Source: an uncultured archaeon (GTDB taxonomy: Archaea; Asgardarchaeota; Thorarchaeia; Thorarchaeales; Thorarchaeaceae). From it: 64,000 nt of DNA. The notes below the pieces were generated by a model that saw only the letters and a list, made by a program, of their open reading frames with translations, made no database searches and was not told the origin of the DNA. A program made the position numbers and the translations under genes. Positions 60,084 to 64,000 of this stretch are shown one piece after another; within the stretch, counting starts at the first letter, position 1; each line of letters begins with the position of its first letter. Location: the NCBI GenBank assembly GCA_964558645.1, contig CAZLEV010000009.1, positions 1 through 64,000 on the forward strand, written 5' to 3'.

Positions 60084-61049
60084 ATGGCAGGCAAGAAGAT
60101 TCTCAAGGATTTGTACGCGCGAACCCTCAAGGTCAGGCTATTCGAAGAGGAAGTCTGGGAGATTTTTGGTAGAAATCTCGTCCCTGGTACTCTACATCTC
60201 TATCTCGGGCAAGAAGCAGTAGCCGCAGGAGTGACTGCTGCTCTAAATGAGAGCGACTGGATTCAGAGTACTCACAGAGGTCATGGACATGTGGTAGCCA
60301 AAGGAATAGATATGAAGAGGGCTATGGCTGAACTTCTTGGAAAGAAGACGGGCTCGTGTAAGGGAAAGGGCGGTTCCATGCACATCACGCAGTTCGACGC
60401 AGGGGTTCTGGGAGCCACGGGCGTTGTTGCTTCAGGACTTCCCATCGCAGTAGGTGCTGCACTCTCTTGTAAGATGAGAGGAACCGATGATGTCGTTGCA
60501 TGTTTCTTCGGTGATGGTGCGTCCAATAATGGAACGTTTTGTGAATCGCTCAACATGGCTGCAATCTGGAGCCTTCCTGTCATCTGGGTGGTAGAGAACA
60601 ACTTCTATGCAATGGGCACACCAATCAAGATGACATGCCCTTCGGATAACATCGCGAAGCGGGCGGAGGGATACTGTATTCCTGCAGAAGTGGTCGATGG
60701 AAACAACGCACTTGAGGTCTACGAGGCAACCAAAAAAGCGGTGGAAAGAGCCCGAAAGGGCGAAGGCCCCAGTCTGATTGAGTGCCGAACATACCGCCAG
60801 AAGGGGCACTCACGATTTGATCCCGCCAAATATCGACCGAAAGATGAGGAAGAAGAATGGTTGAGCAGAGACCCAGTTGAGATCATCAAGAAGATTGCCA
60901 TCGAAGAAGGAGCTCTATCTGAGAAGGAGGCGGAGAAGATTCGCAAGAAACTCAAGGAAGAAGTCGAGAAGGCGGGAGAGTTCGCAATCGAGTCTGAGGA
61001 ACCAGCACCTGAAGAGGCTCTGGATGATGTCTATGCGGAGGCGTTCTAG
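60084..61049 (+). CDS. 2-oxoacid/acetoin dehydrogenase E1 alpha
   Basis: HLYLGQEA, STHRGHGH, GKGGSMH, FGDGA...N (TPP motif), TYRQKGHS. Confidence 0.93.
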   Translation: MAGKKILKDLYARTLKVRLFEEEVWEIFGRNLVPGTLHLYLGQEAVAAGVTAALNESDWIQSTHRGHGHVVAKGIDMKRAMAELLGKKTGSCKGKGGSMHITQFDAGVLGATGVVASGLPIAVGAALSCKMRGTDDVVACFFGDGASNNGTFCESLNMAAIWSLPVIWVVENNFYAMGTPIKMTCPSDNIAKRAEGYCIPAEVVDGNNALEVYEATKKAVERARKGEGPSLIECRTYRQKGHSRFDPAKYRPKDEEEEWLSRDPVEIIKKIAIEEGALSEKEAEKIRKKLKEEVEKAGEFAIESEEPAPEEALDDVYAEAF

Positions 61050-62024
61050 ATGACAGAGAAGACATACCGAGAAGCTCTCAGAGAGGGGCTTCGAGAAGAG
61101 ATGACACGTGATGACACAGTCTTTCTGATGGGTGAGGACATTGGGAAGAACTGGGGCGGCGCGTTCAAAGTGACCAAGGGGCTTGCGGATGAATTCGGCG
61201 AGGAGCGGGTCCGCGACACTCCAATATCAGAAAACACGATAGCAGGTGCAGCGGTCGGTGCTGCCATCACAGGCCTCCGTCCGGTGGCTGAGATCATGTT
61301 TGGAGACCTGATCACTCTGGCAATGGACCAGATATGCAATCAAGCGGCCAAGATGAGATACATGTTCGGTGGTCAGACATCTGTTCCGCTTGTACTCCGT
61401 ACTGTCTTCGGGGGAGGTAAGAATATCGCATCGCACCACTCTCAGAGCCTACAGGCATGGTTCATGCATACACCGGGCCTGAAGATCTGTGTACCTGCCT
61501 TCGCTAGTGATGTCAAAGGACTCATCAAGACAGCAATCAGAGACCCGGACCCGGTCATGTTCTTTGAACACAAGCTTGTCTATGACAAGAAAGAAGACGT
61601 TCCGGATGATGAGTATACGATCCCCTTGGGAGAGGCGAGGATTCATCGCGAGGGTGCAGATGTAACAGTCTGGGCAACCTTCATGATGGCTCACAAAGCA
61701 ATCGAAGTTGCAGATGCGCTGAACAAGGAGGGTATCAGTGTAGAGGTCATAGATCCAAGAACACTTGTACCTCTGGACAAGAAGACATTGATTGACTCGG
61801 TTAAGAAGACAGGTAGGCTTGTGTTGGTGACAGAAGAAACTAGGACAGGAGCAACAACAGCTGAGGTTTCGGCTCTGGTCCAGGAAGAAGCATTTGATTG
61901 GCTCGATTCGCCCATCCAGAGAGTTAATGCCCCCGATACCCCTGTTCCATTTAGCCCGAGTCTGGAGAACTTTTTCATTCCAGATGAGAAGAGTATCGAG
62001 AAAGCGATACGGTCAATTTTCTAG
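61050..62024 (+). CDS. 2-oxoacid/acetoin dehydrogenase E1 beta
   Basis: MGEDIG, DTPISE, EIMFGD, HHSQ, IDPRTLVPLD. Confidence 0.93.
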   Translation: MTEKTYREALREGLREEMTRDDTVFLMGEDIGKNWGGAFKVTKGLADEFGEERVRDTPISENTIAGAAVGAAITGLRPVAEIMFGDLITLAMDQICNQAAKMRYMFGGQTSVPLVLRTVFGGGKNIASHHSQSLQAWFMHTPGLKICVPAFASDVKGLIKTAIRDPDPVMFFEHKLVYDKKEDVPDDEYTIPLGEARIHREGADVTVWATFMMAHKAIEVADALNKEGISVEVIDPRTLVPLDKKTLIDSVKKTGRLVLVTEETRTGATTAEVSALVQEEAFDWLDSPIQRVNAPDTPVPFSPSLENFFIPDEKSIEKAIRSIF

Positions 62025-63523
62025 TGGCTCTGCAGAGTGAAGAAAACAGTTGTTCCAATACCCTCTTCGCTCTCAAACCATATCTCGCCCCCGTGAGCCT
62101 CGATTACCTTCTTGGCGGTGACCAGTCCTATGCCTGCACCCTCGAAGTCAGCTGCATTATGTAGTCGCTGAAATGGTTCAAAGAGGCCGTCAGCGTCTTC
62201 AGTATCAAAACCTATACCGTTGTCGCGAATGAAGAAGACCTCCGAGCCATTCTGTCTTATCACACCGAACTCAATCAGAGCGGATTCGCTCTTCTGGGTG
62301 TATTTCCATGCATTCCCAATGAGATTTGAGAGGAGAATGTGTATTAGGTCCGGATCTGCAGCTGCATGCATTCCCTCTTCAATATCGACGGATACTTCTC
62401 TGTCAGGGCTCTGCACGGTCAAGTCCTGAATGACTTCATGCGCCATTTGCGATACATCAACCTCTTGCAGAGTGGCCGTGCGAACAGAGAGGGAAGCCAG
62501 TCTCAGAAGAGCCTCCACCAGCTGATCGACCTGATCCACACGTTCCACCATCTCCTCGATGTACTCCTCACATACCTCACTATCAGCCTTCACGCATGTG
62601 GTGCCAATCAGCTCGGCATAGCTGCGTATCACCTGTAGCGGGCTCTTGATATCGTGTGATAGTGATGCCGCGAATGCCTCAAGATCGCGATTCACCTGTT
62701 CTAGCTGTTTGACGCGGGCCTGTTCTCGTTGGACACTGACCTCCAGGTTTCGAAAGAGGCTATCGTAAGGCTTCTGAAGGCTGTTTCTGACCATTCCAAC
62801 ATAAAGCAGGCTGAACGAAAGCAGCTTAAGATAGTGACCGACCCAGTTCATCACGCCATACACATCGATATACAGAGTGAAAGCGAGCTCGGAGCCCTGA
62901 GTGAGAATGATTGACAGTATCAATAATCTCCAGAGTGTAGGTTCGAACATCTCACGTTTCTGACCGTAGGCAAGAACAGCGATACAGAGGATCCCTACCA
63001 CTACATATTCACTGACAATCTTGAAGAGTGTAAGGCCAACGCCCTCAATGTAACAGTCCGGGAAGAAACCCGCGAATATCAGGACGTGAAGAACCACAGT
63101 GATCACGGCATAGCATATGAACACAGTCTGCTTGTTCGTCTTGCGTTGCACAAATCCAATGGCAACCAGAATCGAGACACTCTCAAGGTAGCGGGCGGCT
63201 ATCCAAAGCTGAGTTGGTAGATTCGAGTCATACCCCGGAAAGATGCCCATTCCGCTGTAGGCAAAAGTGTGAGTGAGGTCTAACATCGCCACAAAGAGAT
63301 ATGCCACGCCCAAGACGAGGAAGAAACTGTATTCCGTGAATCGTTCGGTGTTCCAAGCCACTGCGAAGACCCCGAAGGCTACCAGAATCGCTGAGCACTC
63401 TACAATGACATGGAAGAGCAGGTAGCTGTACAGGCTGATTATGTAGAGCATGATACCTACCAGGGCTGCAAGAACTAAAGACCCAACGAGCCGGAGTTGG
63501 CTATGGTTCTTCATGCTCCTCAT
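62021..63523 (-). CDS. MASE3-domain sensor histidine kinase
   Basis: YLLFH...LDLTHTFAYSGMG...TQLWIAARY (MASE3). SHDIKSPL (H box), NLIGNAWKY, DNGIG, GAGIGL. Confidence 0.92.
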   Translation of the reverse strand: MRSMKNHSQLRLVGSLVLAALVGIMLYIISLYSYLLFHVIVECSAILVAFGVFAVAWNTERFTEYSFFLVLGVAYLFVAMLDLTHTFAYSGMGIFPGYDSNLPTQLWIAARYLESVSILVAIGFVQRKTNKQTVFICYAVITVVLHVLIFAGFFPDCYIEGVGLTLFKIVSEYVVVGILCIAVLAYGQKREMFEPTLWRLLILSIILTQGSELAFTLYIDVYGVMNWVGHYLKLLSFSLLYVGMVRNSLQKPYDSLFRNLEVSVQREQARVKQLEQVNRDLEAFAASLSHDIKSPLQVIRSYAELIGTTCVKADSEVCEEYIEEMVERVDQVDQLVEALLRLASLSVRTATLQEVDVSQMAHEVIQDLTVQSPDREVSVDIEEGMHAAADPDLIHILLSNLIGNAWKYTQKSESALIEFGVIRQNGSEVFFIRDNGIGFDTEDADGLFEPFQRLHNAADFEGAGIGLVTAKKVIEAHGGEIWFESEEGIGTTVFFTLQSH

Positions 63524-63715
63524 CCTTTGTTCCGCTCCCTTGGCAGTAGCGCGATATCTCGTTCACAGCCATCACCGGGATATAAGGCCTCTCGTGAGAT
63601 GGAAATAGGATTGCAAAAACACAACAGTATCGTTAAATAGTTGGACCTGTCCTGAGCGAATACACTGCCCCTCAGGAATCTCAGCCCTACTAGGCTTGCT
63701 CTCGGAGGTTATCAA

Positions 63716-64000
63716 ATGGTCACAACGATGATTATGCAGAGAATGAGCGTTGCTATGGAATACGGCGTCATCCTCAAATGGCTGAAGAAGGAGGGCGAGA
63801 AGGTTGAGAAGGGTGACCCAGTGGTAGAAATCTTCGGGGAGAAGAACGAGTTCGAGCTGGAGGCACCCGAGAACGGGTTTCTGTTGAAGATTCTGTGTGA
63901 TGTGGACGATGAGATACCCATTAGTGAACCAATCGCAATCATAGGCAAAAAGGGTGAAACAATTCCGGATGTCAAGCCAAAGAAGCTCAACGAAGAACAA
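63716..64000 (+). CDS. Lipoyl-domain protein, probable E2 dihydrolipoamide acyltransferase (partial)
   Basis: MVTTMIMQRMSVAMEYGVILKWLKKEGEKVEKGDPVVEIFGEKNEFELEAPENG... with a GGAGG SD. Runs off the window; not in the ORF track. Confidence 0.88.
   Translation, partial: MVTTMIMQRMSVAMEYGVILKWLKKEGEKVEKGDPVVEIFGEKNEFELEAPENGFLLKILCDVDDEIPISEPIAIIGKKGETIPDVKPKKLNEEQ

Noticed and set aside
1-64000. Genome-wide TAG reassignment
   Set aside because: Many conserved genes end at TAG exactly at their expected C-termini (e.g. ...HGNIPL-TAG)
63572-64000. Minus-strand ORFs at the right edge
   Set aside because: Antisense to the lipoyl-domain gene

Overview
Archaeal chromosome segment, most likely Asgard archaea (Ca. 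Thorarchaeota-like). This is inferred from the style of the LRR and Zn-ribbon gene remnants, a longin/roadblock-like protein, fwdDBA, TATA-type promoters and GGAGGTG-type SD motifs. There are two zones. (1) ~1-23.1 kb is an accessory, partly decaying island with a defence/conflict flavour: a beta-class amino DNA methyltransferase (off the left edge, missed by the ORF track), a complete IS5-family element with TIRs and a 9-bp TSD, an intact HD-phosphohydrolase/HSP90-like ATPase fusion next to a CorA-like 2-TM protein and a wHTH, an Apea-like HEPN gene split by one TAG, a trypsin-like protease with a large insertion, a truncated Roc-COR-2TM (Roco) gene, LRR/TPR/HEAT genes and many gene scars. 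(2) ~23.2-64 kb is a core metabolic region: acyl-CoA carboxyltransferase, BirA, RNase HIII, a methylmalonyl-CoA mutase operon, a second mutase with isobutyryl-CoA mutase signature residues, cobalamin adenosyltransferase, CoA-transferase, an FAD/CCG oxidoreductase pair, fwdDBA, and 2-oxoacid dehydrogenase E1a/E1b/E2 interrupted by a MASE3 histidine kinase. I found no tRNA, rRNA or CRISPR array. Best candidate for an undescribed system: the wHTH / CorA-like / HD-HSP90 cassette (11.4-16.0 kb) within this island. All family calls are by motif recognition, not database search.
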